This document shows, piece after piece, positions 15,679 through 24,506 of a stretch of 36,534 nt of DNA. The notes under the pieces were generated by a model. That model did not search any database. It saw nothing but the letters and a program-made list of their open reading frames with translations, and had not been told where the DNA came from. Position 1 is the stretch's first letter, and the number at the start of each line of letters is the position of its first letter. Made by a program: the position numbers and the translations under genes. Origin of the DNA: a virus (lineage: Duplodnaviria > Heunggongvirae > Uroviricota > Caudoviricetes); the IMG/VR virus record IMGVR_UViG_3300028833_002293, positions 1 to 36,534 of that record, one strand, 5' to 3'.

Positions 15679-15855
15679 CTATTCTCCTTTCTGTTCTTTA
15701 TTTTCTATATGAAAACCGACAGCCCATAACAACCAAAATATTCCAAATTCAACACTTTTGTCATTGTTAAAATGACCTATAACCAAAGACGGAATCAATA
15801 AAGCATACCACCCATCTTCTCTTTTCTGACTTATGAATTGAAATTTAACTTTCAT
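15679..15855 (-). CDS. small hydrophobic protein, 58 aa (MKVKFQFISQKREDGWYALLIPSLVIG...)
   Basis: Hand-translated; 2 nt after upstream stop, TAG 1 nt before next ATG. Confidence 0.75.
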   Translation of the reverse strand: MKVKFQFISQKREDGWYALLIPSLVIGHFNNDKSVEFGIFWLLWAVGFHIENKEQKGE

Positions 15856-15857
15856 GC

Positions 15858-16166
15858 CTATTCTCCTTTCCGTGCTTTATTACTTACCTGCATACCAAGT
15901 TCAAAGAAATGTTTGGCAGATTCACGAAACTTTGACGTAGAAAGATATTCACCTCTCCATCTTGTCTCTAATTCTTTATCTATTTCTTTCGTCAAGTCCA
16001 CCTCTTTAACCTCAAGTGTATTGTTAAGAATTGCCAATACATTACGGTAAGCATCAGCATTGGCATTCCAATAGTCAGAGTCAATAATTTTAGCTCTTTT
16101 AAGGCATTCATTATAACGATTCTCTATCTCCGCTACCATAGCGGATTTGTCAATGTACTGTGTCAT
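15858..16166 (-). CDS. hypothetical protein, 102 aa (MTQYIDKSA family)
   Basis: ORF track. Confidence 0.85.
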   Translation of the reverse strand: MTQYIDKSAMVAEIENRYNECLKRAKIIDSDYWNANADAYRNVLAILNNTLEVKEVDLTKEIDKELETRWRGEYLSTSKFRESAKHFFELGMQVSNKARKGE

Positions 16167-16408
16167 AAATAATTATAATTTAAATCTTCTAAATCAATAT
16201 TGTCTGATTCATTAACAATTTGATAGTCTTGACATCGCCATATAAATTCATCGTATGCTTTTTTTCTATCATCTTTCCATTGTTGAGGAACAGTCATCTC
16301 ACAACAAGCTATTTCTGCTTCATAATAATCGATAGCAGACTTTAAAAGAGCATTCTGAACCTTTTGGCGTAATTCAACTAAAGCGCCTTTGTCTATATAC
16401 TGTTCCAT
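16163..16408 (-). CDS. hypothetical protein, 81 aa (MEQYIDKGA)
   Basis: ORF track; N-terminus shared with 15858-16166. Confidence 0.75.
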   Translation of the reverse strand: MEQYIDKGALVELRQKVQNALLKSAIDYYEAEIACCEMTVPQQWKDDRKKAYDEFIWRCQDYQIVNESDNIDLEDLNYNYL

Positions 16409-16426
16409 AATTTATTATTTGATTTG

Positions 16427-16672
16427 TTACCATATAAAAAATCCACCATAAATAGCCCAAGCAAGAAGAATAGTCTTGAAGTGTTGAAATCCATACCACT
16501 TGAAATACCCTTTTAAAATATATTTCATTCTGTTTTTCCACCGCTTGAAATCATGCATCTTTCCTGTAGATGGTTTAGAATATGTAAAAGTTATTGATGT
16601 TGAATACAAGTATATTTTCCAAGCAATGTAGTACAATGACCACACAATCATAAAAATTAAATACCAAACCAT
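16427..16672 (-). CDS. small membrane protein, 81 aa
   Basis: Hydrophobic aromatic termini. Confidence 0.75.
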   Translation of the reverse strand: MVWYLIFMIVWSLYYIAWKIYLYSTSITFTYSKPSTGKMHDFKRWKNRMKYILKGYFKWYGFQHFKTILLAWAIYGGFFIW

Positions 16673-16675
16673 AGT

Positions 16676-16915
16676 TTACTCTCCTTTCATAAAATTCTCA
16701 AATTCTTTTAATACATAATTAACGTGATAATCAGAACCTTCAGTATGAGACCATATAAATTCTTTTGCCTTCTCAATAAAGGCATCTTTCTTGACGTACT
16801 CAATATGTTCATATAAAGAGCTTACAACTGGAGTTCTACCCCACAAATGATGTATTCTATCAGTTTCTTTTTATTTTTCGAGAAATATCCTATCTGGCCC
16901 TTCGTTTGCTTTCAT
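16676..16915 (-). pseudogene. 79-codon gene with one in-frame TAA (MKANEGPDRIFLEK*KETDRIHHLW...EYVKKDAFIEKAKEFIW...MKGE)
   Basis: Hand-translated; TAA at 16871-16873; start coupled to upstream stop (TAATG). Confidence 0.75.
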
Positions 16916-17040
16916 TATTTCTTTTTATTATTGTTAATACAAGCATATTTATTGCCACAAGCATATCCCTTCCCCCAAAAACCCATATATTTGCAATCAT
17001 AGCAATCTTTATTGATAGAATTTCTTTGTCCGTAGTCCAT
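16915..17040 (-). CDS. small Cys-containing protein, 41 aa (MDYGQRNSINKDCYDCKYMGFWGKGYACGNKYACINNNKKK)
   Basis: Hand-translated; CxxC...Cx5C; fills the gap between neighbours. Confidence 0.65.
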   Translation of the reverse strand: MDYGQRNSINKDCYDCKYMGFWGKGYACGNKYACINNNKKK

Positions 17041-17042
17041 AA

Positions 17043-17399
17043 TCACAGCATTTTAAGTTCATGTAGCTTCAATATAAGTTCGCAGCAAGCATCAACTGGA
17101 TTGTCATGCCAACAAGAGACATATCTGCAATCATTTGGGGAAGCATTTACTATCCATCCTGTTTTCCCACTACCTAATTTATCTTTATATAATTGTGGAT
17201 AAGGAAGTATATTAAGCAATGCTGCAAGACTCCAACAAGGAATCTTTTCTTTTAATGAATACGGATAAGGGCAGTCTTTATTAACAACATAATATCGTTC
17301 ATCATGCCAAGAATAATAATTATCCGCACTTTCAATCGGTAGAAATTCTGCCAACTTGAGGCTTTGTGAAACGTCCGTATTATTTTTAATTGTTGCCAT
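17043..17399 (-). CDS. hypothetical protein (MATIKNNTDVSQSLKLAEFLP...PCWSLAALL family), ~118 aa
   Basis: ATG 17399; pattern recalled from Bacteroidales phage proteins, not verified. Confidence 0.85.
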   Translation of the reverse strand: MATIKNNTDVSQSLKLAEFLPIESADNYYSWHDERYYVVNKDCPYPYSLKEKIPCWSLAALLNILPYPQLYKDKLGSGKTGWIVNASPNDCRYVSCWHDNPVDACCELILKLHELKML

Positions 17400-17413
17400 A
17401 GTTATTATATTTA

Positions 17414-17767
17414 TTACCAACAGATGCTTTCTTGGTACGGATGTGGTAAAAGCATTGAATTATCAAATTCAAACCTATAGTACCCACCGCAAGCATATCT
17501 ACTATTACTTTGATTTTTATAGTCTATGATATATATAATAATTCCAAAAACGGGTATATCATTTTCATTAACATATATACGTATTTTATAAGGTCTTAGT
17601 GTATTCTTGTCATAAAGTTCATCAAAAATATCTTTATGTGATATTTCAGCTTCCTGTAGAATCATTTTAACATCACGCCTAATTGCAAATTGGCAATCGT
17701 AATAATTTCCCAAATATTCAAATCTGTTATCTTTTATTGGATATTCTTCTTTCTTAATTGTTGCCAT
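17414..17767 (-). CDS. hypothetical protein, 117 aa
   Basis: ORF track; MATIK N-terminus shared with downstream gene. Confidence 0.8.
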   Translation of the reverse strand: MATIKKEEYPIKDNRFEYLGNYYDCQFAIRRDVKMILQEAEISHKDIFDELYDKNTLRPYKIRIYVNENDIPVFGIIIYIIDYKNQSNSRYACGGYYRFEFDNSMLLPHPYQESICW

Positions 17768-17805
17768 AATTATTTATACTTTATATTATACATTCCTTCT
17801 AGTAA

Positions 17806-18156
17806 TTAGTCATTATTAAAGTTATTAAGTAATTCACAATGATTGCGACCAATTTGCATAAGATGATACATACTTCTACGTACATGAGTCATTTCCCAAG
17901 GACAATCAGAAAGATTTCCAAAATTGTCCATTGTTATCTTTACTTCTTCACCCATCTTACCGTCATTTGTGTCTTTGTGACCAATGAAATAGAAACGATT
18001 GAGAATTGAAATATCCTTAGTATCTATAATATACTCCAATACATTTTCTCTAATTTTGTTTACCTCATCTACAGTCACATTGTCGATAAATTCACCATCA
18101 ACAAAATATTTTATTGTGGTATTTGTAATTCTTGGTATTTGTAAAATATTTTCCAT
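17806..18156 (-). CDS. hypothetical protein, 116 aa
   Basis: ORF track. Confidence 0.8.
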   Translation of the reverse strand: MENILQIPRITNTTIKYFVDGEFIDNVTVDEVNKIRENVLEYIIDTKDISILNRFYFIGHKDTNDGKMGEEVKITMDNFGNLSDCPWEMTHVRRSMYHLMQIGRNHCELLNNFNND

Positions 18157-18158
18157 TA

Positions 18159-18539
18159 TTATTTTTCTTTATAAGGATTATTTTCTTCTGTTACTGCAAT
18201 AGCAAGACCTTTCTCTATCAGCCCACGATAGTCAAAATGATGAGCATTGAGCCAATCTATATCACCAGATTCTGACGCAAACATATCACCATCATATTGT
18301 ATTCTATTATGATAAAAATCTTTTCTTTCTTCATCTGTCATACTTGACATTGGACGAAGATATGGCTTTATAGTTTCTATCCAATATGGTAAATGAGGGT
18401 AAGTTCTAGTGTATATCCCCTCATCTTTAATATAATGAATTTCTTGTAAATCTTCATCATATTCACCTTTAAATTTTACTCCATATGGTAACCTTGCATA
18501 GAGGTCCCTCAACAATAGTTCTTTATCTTCTTGTGTCAT
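18159..18539 (-). CDS. hypothetical protein, 126 aa (EDKELLL-DL..RLPY / PYLRPMSSMT / WLNAHHFDYRGLIEKGLA family)
   Basis: Near-identical motifs in 18765-19184. Confidence 0.9.
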   Translation of the reverse strand: MTQEDKELLLRDLYARLPYGVKFKGEYDEDLQEIHYIKDEGIYTRTYPHLPYWIETIKPYLRPMSSMTDEERKDFYHNRIQYDGDMFASESGDIDWLNAHHFDYRGLIEKGLAIAVTEENNPYKEK

Positions 18540-18542
18540 ACT

Positions 18543-18752
18543 TTATTCTGTTTTATACTTTTTGCCATATTTTTCTAGTTCTTCTGACGCTTGTTTTATG
18601 CTTTTCCATTCTTTCTCAAGATATGTTGCAACGTCATTACATAGGTCAGACACACGAATATTACCAGTATCAGTGGTTCGGTCTTTATTTTCTTTTGCGC
18701 ACTGCCGTAAAGCTGCAATAGCTTGATTCAAATTATTTATTGTAATCTCCAT
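18543..18752 (-). CDS. hypothetical protein, 69 aa
   Basis: ORF track. Confidence 0.75.
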   Translation of the reverse strand: MEITINNLNQAIAALRQCAKENKDRTTDTGNIRVSDLCNDVATYLEKEWKSIKQASEELEKYGKKYKTE

Positions 18753-18764
18753 AATTAATAAAAA

Positions 18765-19184
18765 TTAATACATTCCCTCTGGTGCTTCTAAAGCGAGTCC
18801 TTTTTCAATTAGACCACGATAGTCAAAATGATGAGCATTAAGCCAATCAACACCATCGAATACATTATATGAATTGTGATTCCACGGAGTATTGCCATCC
18901 ATTTCATCAATTCGCCACCCTAAAGATTCAAACTCTTTTCTTTCATCCTCAGTCATAGAAGACATTGGACGAAGATACGGTTTATATTCAAAAATACTTC
19001 TTTGTCCATCTTGAATAAAGTCTTTAAATGCTATACAGTCATATACTTCAACATAAGCAGCATATGTTTTTAAATTTATGAAATTCAATATACAATTGCT
19101 TCCTTGATAATGGCGCACTTTAATACTGTACGGCAACTTTGAACAAAGGTCTTTCAATAACAGTTCTTTATCTTCTCTATTCAT
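18765..19184 (-). CDS. hypothetical protein, 139 aa (paralogue of 18159-18539)
   Basis: KPYLRPMSSMTEDERK, DWLNAHHFDYRGLIEKGLA. Confidence 0.9.
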   Translation of the reverse strand: MNREDKELLLKDLCSKLPYSIKVRHYQGSNCILNFINLKTYAAYVEVYDCIAFKDFIQDGQRSIFEYKPYLRPMSSMTEDERKEFESLGWRIDEMDGNTPWNHNSYNVFDGVDWLNAHHFDYRGLIEKGLALEAPEGMY

Positions 19185-19252
19185 TTCGTTACATTATTTA
19201 TATATGCTATTGTCCATCCGACAACAGCTAGCGTTATTATAATTAATATCAT
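19181..19252 (-). CDS. micro membrane peptide, 23 aa (MILIIITLAVVGWTIAYINNVTK)
   Basis: Hand-translated; first ORF after promoter; TGA overlaps next ATG. Confidence 0.6.
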   Translation of the reverse strand: MILIIITLAVVGWTIAYINNVTK

Positions 19253-19282
19253 ATTTTTTAAAAAAATCTTATTTGTTTTTTG

Positions 19283-19313
19283 CAAAGATACGAAAAATAA
19301 TCATATTAGCAAA
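19283..19313 (-). promoter_or_regulatory. sigmaA-type promoter
   Basis: TTTG-N19-TATCTTTG. Confidence 0.8.
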
Positions 19314-19356
19314 ATATTTATAGGTAATTTAAATATTATTAACGTATATTGATAAA

Positions 19357-20472
19357 ATGAAAAAAATACATATTTTAGAGTCTCAGATATTAAATGAGGG
19401 TCAATATTTTGAAGCTGGAACTGACCACCCATATTTTGAGGATGAACGAACTGGTCAATCATATGAGGCTAATTGGAATTATGATTATGGTTTTCCGTTT
19501 GGGTATTGGCCAGAAACATATGGTGGAAGAGAAATTTTTTCAATTGGCGATTCTTATACTACACATGAAAATGCTTGTGGTAAGATGGCAAAAAAGTATT
19601 TCTATAACGCCAAAAAAGAAATCATGGAAGAAGTGATAACCGATTTCACGGATGCATTGGAAGATTTGATTGCTGATTTTAAAGAGTATGGGTACACTTA
19701 TGACGAAAATAATGATGTATATGTATCTAGTGATGGCTCTGATGAGATTGACCTTGACGAATGGGTAGATGACAATTGCTATTCATTGGGTAGGGATAAG
19801 GCAAAAGAAATAGCAGAAGACGTAATTAATGGTGGTTCAATACCTTATGCAGATGAGTTGGCTGAAGAAATAGCAAGCGATGATGCTGAGTATTATGACT
19901 TTAGTGATAGAAGAGGCATTGACCAAGCGTTAGAAGACATAGGCAGTAATTTTAATAGTTATTTTGAAAGTGGAAGAAATGAGGGTAGAATATGGCCTCA
20001 GTTAGGTATGATAGGATTCTATGTAACTGAGCAACCAGACCCACAAACTCTTACCGACATAATGAGAGATTTAGCTAATACTGGAATTGCTACATATGAA
20101 GATTTGTTACAATATGACATGGTATTTGAAGATTGGAGAAATGACGGTGAAGTAACTGCTTGCACTGTATCTGATTATATTGATGGAAACTATGGTCCAG
20201 ATTCTTATGAGGATGAAGAAGACGATGAAGAGGAAAATGAGATACAATATGCTAGGGATGGTAAAACACAATTTGTTCCTCACCTAGCCAATCAAGACCA
20301 GAAAAGAGAGTTTTTCAGGGATTTCAGAAACACAAGAGACCAAGCTGTATATGTTCCTAGGGAGAAGGGGGCTGGTTCTCTAGCACGTTATCACGCAATG
20401 CGTTATCCTTATGGAGAGAATAAAAAGAAATTAGGAAAAATAATTAGAGAAGAAATAAATAAAATATTATGA
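19357..20472 (+). CDS. highly acidic hypothetical protein, 371 aa; possible late/virion-associated protein
   Basis: Long intact ORF; termini MKKIHILESQILNE and KKLGKIIREEINKIL; function inferred. Confidence 0.9.
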   Translation: MKKIHILESQILNEGQYFEAGTDHPYFEDERTGQSYEANWNYDYGFPFGYWPETYGGREIFSIGDSYTTHENACGKMAKKYFYNAKKEIMEEVITDFTDALEDLIADFKEYGYTYDENNDVYVSSDGSDEIDLDEWVDDNCYSLGRDKAKEIAEDVINGGSIPYADELAEEIASDDAEYYDFSDRRGIDQALEDIGSNFNSYFESGRNEGRIWPQLGMIGFYVTEQPDPQTLTDIMRDLANTGIATYEDLLQYDMVFEDWRNDGEVTACTVSDYIDGNYGPDSYEDEEDDEEENEIQYARDGKTQFVPHLANQDQKREFFRDFRNTRDQAVYVPREKGAGSLARYHAMRYPYGENKKKLGKIIREEINKIL

Positions 20473-20669
20473 ACGGATTATTTGTATTTGGTTTAATTTT
20501 CTTGGTAATAACTTTATTTGTATATCCAAGATTGCAAAAGACTGTTGATAAGCCTTGGTGCCCAGAAGATGTTAAGAATGTATCTAACAATAAAAAATAT
20601 TTCAGAATATTCCTAATTGTATCAATAATAATGGTGGTTATTGGTGGAATGCTAATGCTTGCATCATAA
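20469..20669 (+). CDS. small membrane protein, 66 aa, two TM segments
   Basis: ATGA coupling; two hydrophobic stretches. Confidence 0.8.
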   Translation: MNGLFVFGLIFLVITLFVYPRLQKTVDKPWCPEDVKNVSNNKKYFRIFLIVSIIMVVIGGMLMLAS

Positions 20670-20696
20670 AATTCATACCAATGGAAATATACAATT

Positions 20697-20730
20697 AATG
20701 GAGAGACAGAAATAGCCTCTCCATTTTTAT
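20697..20730. terminator. probable bidirectional terminator between convergent genes
   Basis: AATGGAGAG...CTCTCCATT 9-bp stem; T-run on plus strand. Confidence 0.7.
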
Positions 20731-20745
20731 TTTAATACAAGCCCA

Positions 20746-21051
20746 TCAAAGTGGTTTATTTTTATATGCTCGATATAAAGAAGACATTTCAAAATAGTCC
20801 GTCATTGTTGGTTTTACAATGTAAGAATCTTTTGAAATTCCTATAAAATTTGATGGTTCTTTAGCTAGGTTAATTACGAAGGCGTTCATCAAACTGTTTA
20901 TACACAGAGAAGTTTTTTTAGTTAGCAATATCAACATATAATTTCTTAAAGTAGTTGTTGCTTTTGGACATATTAGTTTTATAAAAACTTTTTTCTTACC
21001 CTCCTTTAATAATGGGTCTTGTAATATCTTTTCTATCGTTTCCGTTGCCAT
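20746..21051 (-). CDS. hypothetical protein, ~101 aa
   Basis: ORF track; start ATG 21051 or 21063. Confidence 0.7.
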   Translation of the reverse strand: MATETIEKILQDPLLKEGKKKVFIKLICPKATTTLRNYMLILLTKKTSLCINSLMNAFVINLAKEPSNFIGISKDSYIVKPTMTDYFEMSSLYRAYKNKPL

Positions 21052-21154
21052 ATTTTCGTTCATACCATTTGAAAGTTTTAGTCATTATGTCAAATGTATA
21101 AGTTACAATTCCAATAATGGTAATGGCAGTATCAATTTTTTTTATTATTCCCAT
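20996..21154 (-). CDS. small protein, 52 aa (MGIIKKIDTAITIIGIVTYTFDIMTKTFKWYERKY...)
   Basis: Hand-translated; bridges the gap and overlaps both neighbours. Confidence 0.55.
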   Translation of the reverse strand: MGIIKKIDTAITIIGIVTYTFDIMTKTFKWYERKYGNGNDRKDITRPIIKGG

Positions 21155-21446
21155 GACTTTTTTTGTGATATTTTTTAATGTTCTTTAGTTCGTTGATAAA
21201 ATCATTCCATCCTTCAATCTCGTTATCATTGAATTTAATTCCCAATACTATATTATTAGATGGTATAGAATTGGGATTAAGTTTCATTGTAAGTATCTTA
21301 ACAAGAAGATTTGGATACCTTATATTTTTGTATCTATAAAGTATCCTATTCTTCTCTTTATCGCGTTTTGCGGTGAAACCAAAGAAGTTATTGTTCTTTA
21401 GAGTCTTCTCGACATCTTTGTAGTAAATGAATGTATTCTCTTCCAT
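21132..21446 (-). CDS. hypothetical protein, 104 aa
   Basis: ATG 4 nt after -7 box. Confidence 0.8.
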   Translation of the reverse strand: MEENTFIYYKDVEKTLKNNNFFGFTAKRDKEKNRILYRYKNIRYPNLLVKILTMKLNPNSIPSNNIVLGIKFNDNEIEGWNDFINELKNIKKYHKKSHGNNKKN

Positions 21447-21450
21447 GTTG

Positions 21451-21482
21451 CAAAGATACGAAAAATAATTTAAATGGCCAAA
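21451..21482 (-). promoter_or_regulatory. sigmaA-type promoter
   Basis: TTTG-N20-TATCTTTG. Confidence 0.8.
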
Positions 21483-21486
21483 TTAT

Positions 21487-21855
21487 TTAAGCTTTTTTGG
21501 TTTTTTCAAGCATTAAAGTCATAACGTATTGTGGTGTTTGTTCCAAATCAACATTCCCATTCTTGTTAAGAATATTTAATGACTTTATAATTGGTTCTAT
21601 AGCCCTAAACAAACTATTGGGTTGACCTTTTAGTAAGAGTTTACATACAACGTTATCCTCTTCTACCTTGGTTTCCTCAACCTTGTCTAATGGCATCATA
21701 TTATCCAATGCTTCAGAAACAAGGGAGTTTATATTATCCCTTTTTTCTTGCGTTAAAGATACAGAAGCAAGTTCTTGAGCTATTTTTCGCTTGTATATAG
21801 CAGAAAGGTCTTTGTTTTGTTGCCTTAATAAAGCATTTTTTTCTGATTCATTCAT
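21487..21855 (-). CDS. hypothetical protein, 122 aa
   Basis: ORF track. Confidence 0.8.
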   Translation of the reverse strand: MNESEKNALLRQQNKDLSAIYKRKIAQELASVSLTQEKRDNINSLVSEALDNMMPLDKVEETKVEEDNVVCKLLLKGQPNSLFRAIEPIIKSLNILNKNGNVDLEQTPQYVMTLMLEKTKKA

Positions 21856-21856
21856 A

Positions 21857-22414
21857 TTATCCCAACAGTGTTTTCCTGATTATATTACCGTCAACATTAG
21901 GAAACTTAGCCTTAACCTTTGGCACAATCTGACCCATATCCCTCATTGTAGGAGTGTAGCCCTCTTCCTTTGTTGCAAGGTACTCTGCGATTACCTCCTT
22001 AGTGAAGTTTACAATATCTTCCTCAGTTGGCTGTTTAGGAGTAAACTGCTCGATAACCGCAAGCTCTGCCTTTTCCTTTTCATAGGCTTCTGTATTACTA
22101 GCTTTCTGATAGGCTTCCATTGTCTCTTTATGGTTGCTAGCCATCCTAAGAAGCACCTTAACCTCTTGGTCTTGTGTGTTCTTATACTCCTTATTGGTGT
22201 TATAGTTGATATTGCTCTCACGGATAAGCTCTGCTTTAATGAGCTTGATTGCATCAAGCATACCTTTCAGTTTTACTTCCTCAAACAATTCCTCTGGAGT
22301 CTTGTCCTCATTCTTTATCTGAGTGTACTGTGTAAGCTCTTTAGCCACCTTATTAAAACTTGTGTCTATTACTCTTAGTATAGAGTTCTCGTACTCTTTA
22401 GTATTGAAATTCAT
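21857..22414 (-). CDS. GatB/YqeY domain protein, 185 aa
   Basis: EAYQKA...EKEKAELAVIEQFTPKQPTEEDI...MRDMGQIVPKVKAKFPNVDG matches the YqeY pattern. Confidence 0.85.
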   Translation of the reverse strand: MNFNTKEYENSILRVIDTSFNKVAKELTQYTQIKNEDKTPEELFEEVKLKGMLDAIKLIKAELIRESNINYNTNKEYKNTQDQEVKVLLRMASNHKETMEAYQKASNTEAYEKEKAELAVIEQFTPKQPTEEDIVNFTKEVIAEYLATKEEGYTPTMRDMGQIVPKVKAKFPNVDGNIIRKTLLG

Positions 22415-22833
22415 GACATATAATTTTTTAGTGCTTTAAATATATTTTCTAATCTTTTATCGTTTCTTGTTCCTTCTTTTTTCAATTCAGATACAAGTTG
22501 TTTTTCGCCAATGTAGCTTCTGAAATACGGTGGTATATTTTTCTGATGTGTTATAAGGAAATATTTCCACATAAAATTCCTGTAGAATACACGACTACAA
22601 TATATTTCTCCATAGTTATAATGGTTTAATATATTTTCTATTGGTTCAAAATATACTACTGTATCACTAATACTTCTTGGATTTCTAATTAGCCAATTAA
22701 ATCTTTCTCTTCGGCTCATTACACTAGATTCAAACATCAAAATCTGACATTTGTATTCATGACAAAACTGTAAGAATAATTTAGCTAGCCATCTTGAATG
22801 GTCTGAATAGTATTTTATATGTTCGATATACAT
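22411..22833 (-). CDS. hypothetical basic protein, 140 aa
   Basis: ORF track; coupled at both ends. Confidence 0.8.
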   Translation of the reverse strand: MYIEHIKYYSDHSRWLAKLFLQFCHEYKCQILMFESSVMSRRERFNWLIRNPRSISDTVVYFEPIENILNHYNYGEIYCSRVFYRNFMWKYFLITHQKNIPPYFRSYIGEKQLVSELKKEGTRNDKRLENIFKALKNYMS

Positions 22834-23687
22834 TAGCCGAATACATTTTTAAATGGTTGGAAATTGCCATGTGGATTATGCTCTCCATTTGTTGATGGAA
22901 CATTCAAGATAGCAAAATGTATCACCTTAAATAATCCTTGGTATTTCTCCGAAGCCAAGACATCAGCGAAGAACTTTGCCATTTGTTCTGGAGGTGTTCC
23001 ATAAGCACCGCATCCAAATGCACTGAGAACCAATGAATCATTGCCATTCTCCAATGCGATGTTAATTATTTGTTTAATCTTATTTTTTATAACAGTTTCA
23101 GCCCAAGGAACAATCTTACCATTCTCTACCCTAGGATTCTTAACTGCTGGCAGTGTGATTATATCCACGTAGAACGGTTCTTCCATTAGTTGATAGTCAA
23201 CATCATCACTTCCTCTGAAAACGATTACCTTGGGGGTATAAATACCTCCATAGTTCATTTCTAATGGGTATCTTTCATCCCTCTGCTCAATTCCATATTC
23301 ATCACCTACATGGTGGAACTGATAGAGTGATTTAAAGAGATTGGTTCTTCTAAACAAGTTTTCTTCTTGTGCCGCAGAACCATTGATTACACCACCTCCA
23401 GGGGTGTGGAATGAAGCCATATTTAAGACTGCTGGTTTCAGCCCATTATCAATCATATTTTTAGCTTCATAGAGACAGTCATTGTTAATGACTTTGATTT
23501 CTGTTTCGTAGCGTGGTAGTGTATTGTATTTCAATACGACTTTTTTTCCATAAAACTTTGTGCCTTGAATCATATAATCATCAAGACCATCTATGCGAAT
23601 CTCCTTACCATTAGGAGAGGTGTAGATGCCTTTCTTGCATAATTCTACTGTATTCGCATATAGTTCGGCTCTCTTTTGTTTATTCAT
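22833..23687 (-). CDS. TIGR02452/DUF2263 macrodomain protein (bacterial-type PARG, ADP-ribose glycohydrolase), ~284 aa
   Basis: VLNMASFHTPGGGVINGSAAQEENLFRRT, GIYTPKVIVFR, LVLSAFGCGAYG motifs; ATG 23687 overlaps upstream stop. Confidence 0.9.
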   Translation of the reverse strand: MNKQKRAELYANTVELCKKGIYTSPNGKEIRIDGLDDYMIQGTKFYGKKVVLKYNTLPRYETEIKVINNDCLYEAKNMIDNGLKPAVLNMASFHTPGGGVINGSAAQEENLFRRTNLFKSLYQFHHVGDEYGIEQRDERYPLEMNYGGIYTPKVIVFRGSDDVDYQLMEEPFYVDIITLPAVKNPRVENGKIVPWAETVIKNKIKQIINIALENGNDSLVLSAFGCGAYGTPPEQMAKFFADVLASEKYQGLFKVIHFAILNVPSTNGEHNPHGNFQPFKNVFG

Positions 23688-23859
23688 CGTGTTCAAGTCT
23701 AAATTTATAGTCAAGAATCATTGCTTCGTTTCTCTTAATCTCTTTCAAGCATTCGTCAGCTTTCTTCTTGTCTGAAAGAGTATGTATTTTTTCCCTTAAA
23801 GCTGCGTTTGCATTGACTAATTTAGTGATAGCCTCAGTTAGTACATTTTTTGATGCCAT
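23680..23859 (-). CDS. small coiled-coil protein, 59 aa (MASKNVLTEAITKLVNANAALREK...)
   Basis: Hand-translated; first ORF after promoter 23888. Confidence 0.75.
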   Translation of the reverse strand: MASKNVLTEAITKLVNANAALREKIHTLSDKKKADECLKEIKRNEAMILDYKFRLEHDE

Positions 23860-23887
23860 ATTTTATTACTTTTTGGTTTGTTTTTGG

Positions 23888-23919
23888 CAAATATATAAAA
23901 AAAAATTCACAATACCAAG
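23888..23919 (-). promoter_or_regulatory. sigmaA-type promoter (CTTG -33 variant)
   Basis: CTTG-N20-TATATTTG. Confidence 0.65.
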
Positions 23920-23954
23920 TTATTTCTTTAGTATTATGAGTTTTTTAATCAGTT

Positions 23955-24326
23955 TTAACATAAATTTGTCTCTATATGGTTATTCAGAAGGTCGAATTTT
24001 CTACTGATAACTTTCAAATCCTCTTGAATTGATGGTATCTTAGATTCAATCATACCTTTCAGCTTATTAAGGTTCTTGAGAAGGGTCTCATTCTCCTTAT
24101 ATAGCTGTGCATTATCTTCTAACAGCTTGTTAATATCAATTGGCTCACCGCCACGTCTTCTAGTTTGTTCATTGTGGCTACTTTCCCATGCTTTAACAAG
24201 GTCTAATTCTTGCTTGATAATATATCCAAGCTCCAATATGAGGCTTTTATCCCTCTTATTGTTTGCATTGGCATTAAGCTCAGATAGAATATCAATACAC
24301 CTACTTAAATCCCTACCGTTAATCAT
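23955..24326 (-). CDS. coiled-coil hypothetical protein, 123 aa
   Basis: ORF track; heptad-like Leu pattern. Confidence 0.8.
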   Translation of the reverse strand: MINGRDLSRCIDILSELNANANNKRDKSLILELGYIIKQELDLVKAWESSHNEQTRRRGGEPIDINKLLEDNAQLYKENETLLKNLNKLKGMIESKIPSIQEDLKVISRKFDLLNNHIETNLC

Positions 24327-24333
24327 TACCTTA

Positions 24334-24501
24334 TTAAACTTTATAAATTCCTCTATTAATCAACCTACGCATTTCTTGCTCGAAATACTGTAACTGGGTT
24401 TCAGTTACGTTGTATAACCAATCATTTAGATAGTGTTGATATTGATTGCGGTTATTAACTCTAAATCTCCACTGGAGATATGTCTCTAATTCCTTAGTCA
24501 T
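24334..24501 (-). CDS. hypothetical protein, 55 aa
   Basis: ATG 24501. Confidence 0.75.
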   Translation of the reverse strand: MTKELETYLQWRFRVNNRNQYQHYLNDWLYNVTETQLQYFEQEMRRLINRGIYKV

Positions 24502-24506
24502 ATATA

